From assembly GCA_001600815.1 (NCBI GenBank), contig BCKZ01000001.1, forward strand, positions 1,894,804-1,958,803: DNA of 64,000 nt. The letters are read 5' to 3'. The number at the start of each line of letters is the position of its first letter. Position 1 is the stretch's first letter. Made by a program: the position numbers and the translations under genes. The notes under the pieces are model-generated. The model was not told the origin of the DNA. It did not search any database and saw only the letters and a list, made by a program, of their open reading frames with translations. The stretch comes from Alloascoidea hylecoeti (Eukaryota). Shown here piece by piece: positions 1-11,364 of this stretch.

Positions 1-2
1 AT

Positions 3-3000
3 CAAAGAAATCAAACTATTGTTGTATCTGGTGAATCAGGTGCTGGTAAAACCGTTAGTGCAAAATATATTATGAGATATTTTGCAACTGTTGAAGATTC
101 ATCTGTTGATAATAGTCAAATTATTGGTAATGATAATGCTGAAGCAATGAGTGAAACTGAAGAACAAATCTTAGCAACAAATCCAATTTTAGAAGCTTTT
201 GGTAATTCAAAAACAACAAGAAATGATAATTCTTCACGTTTTGGTAAATATTTGGAAATTTTATTTGATACTGAAAAAAATATTATTGGTGCGAAAATAA
301 GAACTTATTTATTAGAGAGATCAAGATTAGTTTATCAACCATTATCTGAAAGAAATTATCATATTTTTTATCAATTATGTGTTGGAGCTGATGATGAATT
401 AAAAGAAAAATTAGGTTTAAAAGATGCAAGTCAATATTTTTATTTAAATCAAGGTGGTGATATTAAAATTGAAAATGTTGATGATGTTAATGAATTTAAA
501 ATAACAAGAGATGCTTTAGATCTTGTTGGTATGCTGCAAGAAATTCAATATAATTTATTTGAAATTTTAACTGCTTTACTTTTCATTGGTAATATTGAAA
601 TTACTGCAACAAGAAATGATTCAATTTTATCTGCTGATGAACCAAATTTAGTTAAAGCTTGTTCATTATTAGGTATTGATTCTGAAGAATTTGCAAAATG
701 GATCATTAAAAAACAAATTACAACAAGAAATGAAAAAATTATAACAAATTTAAATTTTCAACAAGCAACTGTTGCAAGAGATTCGGTTGCAAAATATATT
801 TATTCATCAATTTTTGATTGGTTAGTTAATTATATTAATGCTGGTTTATGTCCAAAATCAATTGAACCACATATTAATTCTTTTATTGGTGTTTTAGATA
901 TTTATGGTTTTGAACATTTTGAAAAAAATTCTTTTGAACAATTTTGTATTAATTATGCAAATGAAAAATTACAACAAGAATTTAATCAACATGTTTTTAA
1001 ATTAGAACAAGAAGAATATATTCGTGAAGAAATTGATTGGGAATTTATTCAATTTACTGATAATCAACCATGTATTAATTTAATTGAAAGTAAATTAGGT
1101 ATTTTATCTTTATTAGATGAAGAATCAAGATTACCAAGTGGTAATGATGATTCATGGCTTCAAAAATTATATAATAATTTGGATGTACCACCTACAAATG
1201 TTGTTTTCAAAAAACCTCGTTTTGGTAGTCAGAAATTTATTATCGCACATTATGCTGTTGATGTTGCTTATGATGCTGAAGGATTTATTGAAAAGAATAG
1301 AGATACAGTCGCCGATGGTCATTCAGAAGCTTTAAGAGCAACTACAAATCCATTATTAAAAGAAATTTTCGAAGCTGTTGAAGTAGCAAATGCTAGATTA
1401 ACAGCAGCAGCTGGCAAAAAATTAGTAAACAGGAAACCAACTTTAGGATCTATTTTCAAAACTTCTTTAATTGAATTAATGAATACAATTAATTCTACAA
1501 ATGTACATTATATTCGTTGTATTAAACCAAATATGGAGAAAGAAGCATGGAAATGGAGTTCATTAATGGTTTTATCTCAATTACGTGCTTGTGGTGTTTT
1601 AGAAACAATTAGAATTTCAACAGCTGGTTTCCCAACTCGTTGGACATATGATGAATTTGCTCAAAGATATTATATGTTAATTCCTTCAAATGAATGGTCA
1701 AATGATTCAAGAGATTTATGTCAAAAAATATTAAATCAAATTGTTGATTTAAAACAAAAATATCAAACTGGTAATACAAAAATTTTCTTTAAAGCTGGTA
1801 TGTTAGCTTATTTTGAAAGAAAACGAAGTAATAAACTATATAATTGCGCCGTCATTATTCAAAAGAACTTAAGGATGATCTATTATAGGAATTCATATCG
1901 AGAGATTTTGAAAAGTCTGGCTAAATTACAAAGTTTAGTACGTGGTCATATGACCAGAGTCTTCTGTAAGAATGAAAGGGAGAGACAGGCAGCTACCAAG
2001 ATTCAAAGCTTAGCAAGAGGTTTCTTATTAAGGAAAGAATTCAATCAAGATATTCATTCGATTATTGAATTTGAGAGTAGAACTCGTGGTTATTTGATTA
2101 GAAGACGTTTCTTGAAAATACGCGTTGAAGGTGCAGCTATCATTATTCAAAGATGGTGGAAAGGTTATCATGCCAGAAAAGAGTATGCTAAAATGAGAAG
2201 AGGCATTATTTATACCCAAAGTAGTTTCCGACGTCGTTTAGCTTATAAAGAATTGGTGAAATTAAAGGTTGACGCGAAGAGTGCCAAACATTTCAAAGAA
2301 GTTTCTTATCAATTAGAAAATAAAGTCGTTGAGTTAACACAAACTCTTGCAGCTAAAAAAGATGAAAATAAAACTATTAAGGATCATATCGCTCATTTAG
2401 AAAAAATAGTTGAACAAGGTAAAGCAGAAAGAGAAGAACTTGTTCAACGAGAAAAAGAATTAGAAGCAGAATTGAAACAAAGTTCTCAAGACCATCTAAC
2501 AAAAGTTAGGGAATTAGAAGCTTCAATTGCAGCTATTGAAGCAAAAAGGGGAGAAGCATTAGATCGTATTTCTTTTATTGAAACTCAAAATGAAGATATA
2601 TTGCAACAAGTTAAAGAAAAAGAAGAAGAACTTTCGAAGTACAAATCAACAATTGAAGATCGTAATGTTACACAAGGAGATTTAAATAAAACCATTGATG
2701 ATTTAAGACGAGAAATTGAAACATTGACGTCAGAAACTGTCAGGTTACAAGAACAACAAAAGGTCACACAAGTTACAATTGAAAATATAGGAGCGCCTTC
2801 TAAATTCAGGAAAACGCCAACATCAGGCAGAAGAAGAAGTTTATCGCCAAGTAAATGGAATGGCCCAGGTCTTGATATTAGTGGTGGTAATGGAAGAGGT
2901 CCAAGGCCAGTTTCTGTAGCATTCCCAAATCATCGTCGTGTATCTTCAATCAACAATGGCAATTCAACATTAAATGGAAGTTATGATGATGATAATAATA

Positions 3001-4313
3001 CAGTTGTTGATTATGATTATGAATTAGTTGAGTTGTTGAAAGATTCTAGGCATTTATACCGTGAAGTTACAGATTTATTAATTAAAGATCTTAAGGTTTC
3101 AGCTCCTAGTGTTGCGGTCAATTTGCTTGCGAAAGAAGTATTATTCCCTGCTAGAATTGTTATCATTATTTTATCTGATATGTGGCGATTGGGATTGATC
3201 AAAGAATCTGAAAGGTTTTTAAGTGAAGTATTTCAGGCCATTCAACAACATATCATTTCATATAAAGAAGATGATATTGGATCTGTCGGTACATTCTGGT
3301 TATCCAATGTTCATGAAATGTTATCGTTTGTTACACATGCCCATATGATGATTGTTGAAGGAGATGGATTAATTGATGTCATGGGCGAAGAAGAATACAA
3401 CGAATATTTGAACCTAGCATCGATTGTTAAGGAGGACTTTGAATCATTAGGTTATAATATTTATCATACTTGGTTAAAGAAAATGAGAAAGTTACTGGAT
3501 AAGACGGCGGTTCATGCCGTTGTTTTATCACAATCATTACCTGGATTCATGACTGTTGATACATCCCCTTTCTTAAGTAAAATGTTTACATCTGCTCCAC
3601 AACATTCCATGGATGATATTACCAATCTTTTCAATAACTTGGAAATGTCTATGAAAGCTTACTGTTTGGAACCGGAAGTCATGCGTGGTGCAATGCTTGA
3701 ACTTCTTAGATATATTGATGTTATCTGTTTCAATGATTTATTGATGAGAAGAAACTTTTTATCATGGAAAAGAGGATTACAGTTAAATTACAACGTCACA
3801 AAACTAGAGGAATGGTGTAAAGCACATGATATTCCCGAAGGTTCGGCATTATTGGTCCATTTATTCCAAGTAGCAAAATTATTACAACTCAAGAAGGCTT
3901 CAATAGAAGATATTGAAATAATATATGATATTTGTTACGCTTTGAAACCATCGCAAATCCAGAAGTTATTAACACAATACTATGTTGCAGATTATGAACC
4001 TCCAATTTCGCAAGAGATTCTACAAGCGATTGCACAAAAGGTAAGAGAAGCAGGTTCTTCAGATGATAAGTTATTTGAAGCTGTAAACTCCAATGAGTTG
4101 GGAGATCCATTTGAAAATGTTGAAGTGCGGCAGTTCACCAAAATTGAGGCATATGTGCCAGCATGGCTACAGGCACCAACAATCAAGCGAATAACTGAAC
4201 TTGTAGCATCAAATGCAGAGAAGAGTGAGTTGAAAGAAGTATCAGAGGGTGATTTACTAAAATCTCGGGATAGTGATTTAGAGAATGGAGTTGAGAAAAC
4301 GATAGAAACGTAA
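3..4313 (+). CDS. MYO2: Class V myosin, 5'-truncated by the window edge
   Basis: Frame is open from position 3 (QRNQTIVVSGESGAGKTVSAKYIM, P-loop). Also LEAFGNSKTTRNDNSSRFGK, DIYGFE, several IQ motifs, a coiled coil and a C-terminal DIL/globular tail (FLSWKRGLQLNYNVTKLEEWC). Confidence 0.97.
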   Translation, partial: QRNQTIVVSGESGAGKTVSAKYIMRYFATVEDSSVDNSQIIGNDNAEAMSETEEQILATNPILEAFGNSKTTRNDNSSRFGKYLEILFDTEKNIIGAKIRTYLLERSRLVYQPLSERNYHIFYQLCVGADDELKEKLGLKDASQYFYLNQGGDIKIENVDDVNEFKITRDALDLVGMLQEIQYNLFEILTALLFIGNIEITATRNDSILSADEPNLVKACSLLGIDSEEFAKWIIKKQITTRNEKIITNLNFQQATVARDSVAKYIYSSIFDWLVNYINAGLCPKSIEPHINSFIGVLDIYGFEHFEKNSFEQFCINYANEKLQQEFNQHVFKLEQEEYIREEIDWEFIQFTDNQPCINLIESKLGILSLLDEESRLPSGNDDSWLQKLYNNLDVPPTNVVFKKPRFGSQKFIIAHYAVDVAYDAEGFIEKNRDTVADGHSEALRATTNPLLKEIFEAVEVANARLTAAAGKKLVNRKPTLGSIFKTSLIELMNTINSTNVHYIRCIKPNMEKEAWKWSSLMVLSQLRACGVLETIRISTAGFPTRWTYDEFAQRYYMLIPSNEWSNDSRDLCQKILNQIVDLKQKYQTGNTKIFFKAGMLAYFERKRSNKLYNCAVIIQKNLRMIYYRNSYREILKSLAKLQSLVRGHMTRVFCKNERERQAATKIQSLARGFLLRKEFNQDIHSIIEFESRTRGYLIRRRFLKIRVEGAAIIIQRWWKGYHARKEYAKMRRGIIYTQSSFRRRLAYKELVKLKVDAKSAKHFKEVSYQLENKVVELTQTLAAKKDENKTIKDHIAHLEKIVEQGKAEREELVQREKELEAELKQSSQDHLTKVRELEASIAAIEAKRGEALDRISFIETQNEDILQQVKEKEEELSKYKSTIEDRNVTQGDLNKTIDDLRREIETLTSETVRLQEQQKVTQVTIENIGAPSKFRKTPTSGRRRSLSPSKWNGPGLDISGGNGRGPRPVSVAFPNHRRVSSINNGNSTLNGSYDDDNNTVVDYDYELVELLKDSRHLYREVTDLLIKDLKVSAPSVAVNLLAKEVLFPARIVIIILSDMWRLGLIKESERFLSEVFQAIQQHIISYKEDDIGSVGTFWLSNVHEMLSFVTHAHMMIVEGDGLIDVMGEEEYNEYLNLASIVKEDFESLGYNIYHTWLKKMRKLLDKTAVHAVVLSQSLPGFMTVDTSPFLSKMFTSAPQHSMDDITNLFNNLEMSMKAYCLEPEVMRGAMLELLRYIDVICFNDLLMRRNFLSWKRGLQLNYNVTKLEEWCKAHDIPEGSALLVHLFQVAKLLQLKKASIEDIEIIYDICYALKPSQIQKLLTQYYVADYEPPISQEILQAIAQKVREAGSSDDKLFEAVNSNELGDPFENVEVRQFTKIEAYVPAWLQAPTIKRITELVASNAEKSELKEVSEGDLLKSRDSDLENGVEKTIET

Positions 4314-4771
4314 TGTGTTATTCAGATTTTAGATTAAATTTTTTTTTTTATGTTTTCATTACAATTGTTCTGCTATTTAAACACTGTTTTCAGACATTAA
4401 TATAATTATAATCAATAATAGTTAATAATATGTCAAGTAGTTAGCATGAGCACATTATTTGTAATCACAGCGGATAAGTCTTAAGAATGTGTTAAAGAGT
4501 GATATAAAGCAAGTAAAATCTATCAAACTAAAATAGGTAATTAATCCATTTAAAATAGGTCTGAAATGTGATAGTGATAACCATTCCGGCATTTTGGATT
4601 TTTGTCAACCAAAAAAGAAGCCTCAAAATGGGGTTGTGATTGGCTGATGTTTGGATGTACCCCACATAATTGTTGTACGAGATCTGAACAGTTTTGAGTC
4701 ACAAACCTCTTCTCTTTTCCTTTTCCCCCAGATTTAAACAAATATAACTATATAAATAACAGACAATAACC

Positions 4772-5218
4772 ATGTGGAGCTTTTTTTCATCAAATACCAC
4801 CGAAGAAAAGGACAGACGGCGTTCATCTGCTTCCTCTATTGAACAGTCAACCGAAACTCAGCGTCATCGTGGTTCTGCTGTAGAGTCATCCCATACTCCA
4901 CGGACTTTCCCATCCCCTGTGGAGATAACTCCCCACTCCCGTTCTAATTCGGTTTCCGCTCCTGCTTCAAGCTTTCCTGGAATATCAAGTTTTATAAGGC
5001 CAAGAGGTCACTCTATGGATATACAAAATACAGGTACAAACACGTTTGTCCAATCGCCCAACATAAATTCCCTCCCTCCACATCGACGAAGACCATCAAA
5101 AACCAAAGCGAAAAAACCAACCCCCGAATTAAGGTACTCTATAATGGGGTTTGACAGCTATGCTATAATGGCAGATTCACATGCCAAAGATAAACAGGCT
5201 AAACGAACAGGAAAATGA
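4772..5218 (+). CDS. Hypothetical Ser/Arg-rich, probably disordered protein (148 aa)
   Basis: ATG in ACCATG context, TATAAA about 20 nt upstream, GC content above the flanks. No family recognised. Confidence 0.65.
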   Translation: MWSFFSSNTTEEKDRRRSSASSIEQSTETQRHRGSAVESSHTPRTFPSPVEITPHSRSNSVSAPASSFPGISSFIRPRGHSMDIQNTGTNTFVQSPNINSLPPHRRRPSKTKAKKPTPELRYSIMGFDSYAIMADSHAKDKQAKRTGK

Positions 5219-6313
5219 GATTTTGCATTGAGATCTGTTACTATATCTGAATAATAAAGTTGAAGGGATAACTTTTTTTTATTTTCCATTTTCTCTTAAA
5301 GGACATCTCTTTCATCACTGTTGACGGCGTTGTCTTGGTCTAGATCTACTCAAACAACTATTTTAAATATACATGTTACTAAATTACATTAATATCACAT
5401 CGCCACGTTTTATTCGTTATATTCTATATGAAGTTCAAACCACAAAAAATGTATGGGTATCTACATTAATTATTTTCCGGATTATGGATTTGTTTTAACT
5501 TTTTTTCTTTCTTTATTTCTAATGTTTTGTTTTGAGTTATTTTTGTTTTTTAACTGGGCAAATAAACATGTGAAACACTATACATATAATTATATAATCT
5601 GATAAATTATTTTGAATTATTCATTGCATTTAAAAATTAGTATGCTAAACTTATTAAAGTTTGCATTTTAGATTATGATTACAAATTTAATTTGTAATCG
5701 ATAGTTTTCACGTGCCGAGTTTCACAAATAAATCATTGCATCAGCCGCACGGGAGATCTCGGTAGTTGTACATGTACATAAATGCTTATCTATAGAATTT
5801 ATTATAATTGTATGTAACTTGATTTGAAAGACTGGGAAATGGATTATAACTGTATCTGGTTATAGGCCATCAATTGCAAGCATTTAAATTTAGACTCATA
5901 TATAGATCTGGAGTTGAATAGTAGTCAGGGATTCGAAAACCATGTAAAGCCTTGAATTAGTCTATAATAAAGTTTAATCTGTTGAAAAACTTTTCACTTA
6001 TGATAAAGAGAATAGAATTTGAAGTAATTTAATATAGAAACGGGAGGTCCCTTTCTGAAAAATTGGCATATAGCTGATTATTTTTGATTAATATTATAAT
6101 CTTAACATCGACTTAACAATTGTAGAGTACAAACACTCTAGAGTCTAGACCATATAGAGTTATCGAGATTTAAATTCAAAATTTCGGCGGTTATGATTAA
6201 AGCTATATCTAGATAACAAACTTAAATAAATAAACGAACAGACAAAGGAAAATTATATCTACAACATTGATTATAATTTTCTGTAAAGATTTCTAAAATA
6301 ATAGTAATAGTTT

Positions 6314-6784
6314 TTAAGCAATTACTTTTCCAACAACATTATATCTTGCTGAAAAAAAAGCAAACCATTCTTCCAAAGCTTTTTTTTCCTTTGCATTTAA
6401 CTTAGAACAATCCCCAACACAATCTTTACCGTTTAGACTCATAATTGCAAGTGCTTTGCTAACATCTTTTCCAGCAAATAAATGATATTTTCCTTTAGGT
6501 CCATAGTTCTTGGTGTTGGCGCTGACGTCAAAAGCAATTGCCTTTACTGCAACGTAAATACGTGATGATTTTACTCCTATAAACGAGTTAGTAAATCTAT
6601 CATTAATTTGTTATATTCAATAACCATTTATCAAATAGAATATTCCAGTTAGTATGTTTTTGGACGTATAATACTTACCATCATATTTTGCAAGATCTGA
6701 TTTCTTGATTGGAGTGTTTTTTGGTGCAGCAAGATGAACTGGCTTTGCAGGTTTAATTGAAACATGTTTGCAAAAAGATGTCAT
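6314..6784 (-). CDS. Small MAPR-family cytochrome b5-like haem/steroid-binding protein, copy A (122 aa, 1 intron)
   Basis: Exons 6784-6679 and 6576-6314; intron GTAAGT..TACTAAC..TAG. Protein MTSFCKHVSIKPAKPVHLAAPKNTPIKKSDLAKYDGVKSSRIYVAVKAIAFDVSANTKNYGPKGKYHLFAGKDVSKALA...EEWFAFFSARYNVVGKVIA has the MAPR motifs LxxYDG, FDV, YGPxGxY..FAGKD and YxVVG. Confidence 0.92.
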
Positions 6785-8956
6785 TGTTTTTAAACGTTTA
6801 TATAAACTGTGTGTTTTATAAATTAATAGTCAATAGTGAGTATTCAAAATATGATTGAATTAAAGATAGAATAAGACAAAGATTGGGAAACTACTCTTTA
6901 TATGAACGTATAAATGCCTAATTATAATAATTAAAACAAATAATGATGACCAAATATTCATATTCAATGATCAAGTCATCCATCTATAGGTGTATAGTTA
7001 TGTTATATCGATCTATATTTTCACATTATACCTGGTTACAGATTATAGACTTGTGATTATAACTAATGATTACCCATTACTAACATATTAATTATATAAT
7101 ATATATCGTTATGCGTTTCAAAAGCTAGCCGGAAAAACAGAAAATTCATTAGTACGCTGAGGTAATACTACCTAAATTCAGTCTTTTAGCACCTTTAATC
7201 TTATCGGACATTACAAAATATCAATAATCTTTATAAATAATAGATTTTTTACCAATGTTATTACTATTAATATATTAAGGTTATGCCAGTCATGTTTGGA
7301 GTTCCTTTCGGATAATTGTAATGGAACGCTTAATGGCATAATAAAGCTGTATATGCTTACAAATAAATGTATAATATTCCCTGACCATCTCAAGAAATTT
7401 CCAAATTAAACCCATATAAAAATAATCGAATTGAGTAACATAGAAAACGTGGACTGTTATGTCATGACGTCATACACAGATAAAATAGAAAGTTAGAGAA
7501 GTCCATTCTTTTGACTGTACCAGTATCAGTCTTACAACTAATAATTATATGATCACAGAAGTAGAAATTTTGATTATGAACAAAAGGCACCGAGACCCTT
7601 ATAATTATGAGTGATTTAATGTTACCATATAACTTATAGATATCGATTTTGAAGAGAGATATCTAAATATTATTAATCAGTAAGGTATAAGGTATAGAAC
7701 AGCTCCATCCCAGCGCTAATTGGGACAATTACAAATTTAAGAGGTTATAATTAGAACTTCGCGATCCGAAACATTAGCAACTAATACTATCTAGTATATA
7801 CAGTAATAAGTCAATATACAACGATTATAAATATTTACAGATTTAGATGACCTTAAGCTTGGAATGGAAGAAAAGATCAAAGAAGATCATCTCTAATCTT
7901 AAATATTATGTTGCAATTGCAATTATACTTGTCAAATTTGCAATAAAATTGGATATATACCAATTCCAAAGGATTAATTGAAACAACATGATCTTATATT
8001 ATTATATAAGATATATAAATATTTCTTTAATTTCTAGAGCGATTGCCTTACAAAACCAAAGAATGGTCTAAAACCAAACAATTGTAATTAAACTTCATAT
8101 GCACAAACTTTGCATAGAACAATATATTAAATAATAAAGAATGTTCCAAAAGGAAACATCACCCAATTTTTTAGCTTATAATAGTAAAATATCAATTGTG
8201 AAGTCAAACAGGAATCAAAAAGATTACATCAGCAAGTAATAAATAATTGGATTTCCCGCGATGGTGTGCTAAAAGTTCCTCAGAATTATCAACAAATTAA
8301 GCTTAAGAATTCTGCACAGTTCTTCGGATATGTATTCATCAATCCGCTTTTATGGCCAATTGTATTTCAAGGAAATAATACTAGTATAAGGCTTACAATA
8401 AGCATTATGTCATATGTGTACCATCTAGAATAGACGTTTAATTCACGATTAAAGCTGTACTTTCCATTACAATTTATTTTGTAATCATTGATTCTAGAAT
8501 ACTGTTACTATTCTATATACCTACATGTATATATAGCTGGGATTTAGAAGCTTCATTATAAATAATGATTGATATTACATAATCATAGTAATATTTAGAT
8601 CAGTACCATTAATATTAAAAAACAATTATTACCAATTAGTTCTAGAAAGGATGGATAACGGTCCATTACTATAGTTGTACGAATCAGAAGATACCTATAA
8701 TAATACTAAGATCTATAGATTTTCATAATCACCAGACAAAAGTGCTAAGATGACTGATTATTTGAACAATTGCAACACTTCTAGATCATTATAACTGAGG
8801 ATCAAAACATTATATAAAGGGCTTTAATTTGCATTAATACTTCTTATTCTTTTTTAATACCATCGATATTTCATATCAACCAAGCTTCAACTATAACTAC
8901 AGTTTAAATTAATAAAAAGAAAACACTTTACTTTATTTATTGAATTTCAGTTTCTA

Positions 8957-9466
8957 ATGTCTGCCTCTTTCTGTAAACACGTTTCAATTAAGCCCGAAAA
9001 GCCAGTTCATCTTGCTGCACCAAAGAATACTCCAATTAAGAAATCAGATCTTGCAAAATGTGATGGTATGTGTAATATAAGACATAATTTTTAAAATTTA
9101 CAATGATATTCTTTTTATGATAATATATCAATGGGATTCAGGTTTTGTTGATATTACGCGATATAATAATAATAGATAAACTAATACAAAAACTCGTTTA
9201 TAGGAGTAAATTCACCACATATTTACGTTGCAGTTAAAGCAATTGCTTTTGACGTTACCGCCAACACCAAGAACTATGGACCTAAAGGAAAATATCATTT
9301 ATTTGCTGGAAAAGATGTCAGCAAAGCGCTTGCAATAGCAAGTTTAAACGCGAAGGATTGTGTTGGGGACTGTTCCAAGTTAAATGCAAAGGAAAAATCA
9401 GCTTTGGAAGAATGGTTTGCTTTCTTCTCAGCAAGATATAATGCTGTTGGAAAAGTAGTTGCTTAA
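8957..9466 (+). CDS. Small MAPR-family cytochrome b5-like haem/steroid-binding protein, copy B (123 aa, 1 intron)
   Basis: Exons 8957-9065 and 9204-9466; intron GTATGT..AACTAAT..TAG at the same phase-1 position as copy A. About 12 aa differences from copy A by manual alignment. Confidence 0.92.
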
Positions 9467-9942
9467 AGAAGTAACAATTTGATGTTTATTTCTCCAAAGC
9501 TGTCTCACTTTTGTTCTTTCTCAACTTTGTTTTTCATATGATTAGTTCTAGTCATAATGATATTTATTCATTTGTTTATTTTAATCAAGATTTATGATAT
9601 AATTAACACACGTGACGCCCCACATGCAAAGTAAACAGGCCCTGCAGCAAACACAATACTCCACTCTGCTCGTTCGGGTACAGGCCCAAAAAGCCGGGGA
9701 TGGGCCAAAGGCAGAGCGACCGGCGGAAACAACTGGAAACTCGCGAACTCGGCTTGGGGCCCGGCCGTTCGGTCTGAGGGTTACACACGTAGAAATATAC
9801 CGTTTATCCGCAAGGTTATCACATGTGGAGAATACCCCACACAACCCAAAATATACGCTTATAGATAGAAATATTCACTTATAAATCTGCTCTTCTTCCA
9901 TCTTTTTTGTTCTTCACTTCCTACACAATACCAACTCTAACA

Positions 9943-11364
9943 ATGTCACAAGCTTTACTATCTTCGTCCCGTTTCCTGTTTCGGAAACCATCTGCCATGC
10001 AAATGTTCACAAAAACAGCCCTTTCTTCTCGTACAATTTGTGATGGTTTAAAGGCTGCTGTCGAAGAACAAATCCCAAAACGTGTAGAATTACTTAAATA
10101 TATCAAAAAAAATCACGGTTCTGATGTGGTTGGTGAGATAACAGTTGATAGCGTCATTGGCGGAATGAGAGGTTTAAAATCAATGGTCTGGGATGCATCT
10201 CTGTTAGATCCCAATGAGGGTATTAGATTCTATGGTAAATCAATTGCTGATTGTCAAGAAGTTTTACCTGCTTCTGAAGGCCCACATGGACAAATGTTAC
10301 CTGAATCAATGTTATGGTTCTTATTGACAAATACTGTTCCAACTGAAGCCCAAGTTAGTCAACTTTGTGCTGATTTAGCAGCAAATGGTGAATTACCTCA
10401 ATATCTTCACGATATAATCGAAGGATTACCTGTTGATATGCATCCCATGACCCAACTTTCTATTGCTGTTGCAGCCCTAAATAAAGATTCAAAATTCGCA
10501 AAGGCTTATGCCGATGGTCTTAATAAAACAAAATATTGGGAATATGTTTTTGAAGATTCTATGCAATTGATTGCAAAATTGCCAATGATTGCTGCTAAAT
10601 TATATCAAAAGGTTTATCATGGTACAAATTTGTTAGCGAATACAATTGATCCAAAAGCTGATATTTCTTTAAATTTTGCAAGGATGATTGGTATGGATCA
10701 GAAACCAGGCTTTGTTGATATTTTCCGTCTTTATACTGCTTTACATGCTGATCATGAAGGTGGTAATGTATCCGCTCATGCTGTTCATTTAATAGGTTCT
10801 ACTTTATCTGATCCTTATCTTTCATACTCTGCAGGTTTATTGGGTCTTGCAGGTCCATTACACGGCTTAGCCGCACAAGAAGCACTTCGATTTATCCTTA
10901 AAATGAAAGCTAGTATTCCTGAAAACTTCACTGATGCTGATATTGAAAAGTTCCTTGAAGATACTTTAGCATCTGGTCAAGTTATTCCTGGATATGGTCA
11001 TGCTGTTCTTCGTAAACCGGATCCACGTTTCGATGCCCTTATGAAGTTTGCATCTGAGACCCCAGATGTTGCATCAGATCCATTATGGCAATTGGTCAAC
11101 AGAACATCTCAAATAGCACCTCAAATTTTAATAAAACATGGTAAAGCTAAAAATCCTTATCCAAACGTTGATTCAAGTAGTGGAGTTTTATTCCATCATT
11201 ATGGAATTAATCAAACACCATTCTATACTGTCACTTTTGGTATTTCAAGAAGTATTGGACCTTTAACACAATTAATTTGGGATAGAATTTATGGTTTACC
11301 AATTGAAAGACCAAAGAGTCTTACTTTGGAGGTTTTAGCTGGTAAACCTAAATCTAAACTTTAA
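9943..11364 (+). CDS. CIT3: 2-methylcitrate synthase / citrate synthase family (CIT3/McsA-like), N-terminal presequence and C-terminal SKL
   Basis: First ATG at 9943 (the ORF track starts at an upstream TTG). Motifs GGMRG, HADHEGGNVSAH, GLAGPLHGLAAQE, PGYGHAVLR, YPNVD. LAAQE rather than LANQE, and MLPESM, resemble fungal methylcitrate synthases. Confidence 0.85.
   Translation: MSQALLSSSRFLFRKPSAMQMFTKTALSSRTICDGLKAAVEEQIPKRVELLKYIKKNHGSDVVGEITVDSVIGGMRGLKSMVWDASLLDPNEGIRFYGKSIADCQEVLPASEGPHGQMLPESMLWFLLTNTVPTEAQVSQLCADLAANGELPQYLHDIIEGLPVDMHPMTQLSIAVAALNKDSKFAKAYADGLNKTKYWEYVFEDSMQLIAKLPMIAAKLYQKVYHGTNLLANTIDPKADISLNFARMIGMDQKPGFVDIFRLYTALHADHEGGNVSAHAVHLIGSTLSDPYLSYSAGLLGLAGPLHGLAAQEALRFILKMKASIPENFTDADIEKFLEDTLASGQVIPGYGHAVLRKPDPRFDALMKFASETPDVASDPLWQLVNRTSQIAPQILIKHGKAKNPYPNVDSSSGVLFHHYGINQTPFYTVTFGISRSIGPLTQLIWDRIYGLPIERPKSLTLEVLAGKPKSKL

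Noticed and set aside
5921..5942. TTCGAATCCC on the minus strand, resembling a tRNA T-loop or B box
   Set aside because: Flanks do not form a T stem; no A box or cloverleaf.
9581..9884. Three overlapping 61-90 aa ORFs
   Set aside because: By-products of the GC-rich promoter island; no recognisable motifs, and they overlap one another.
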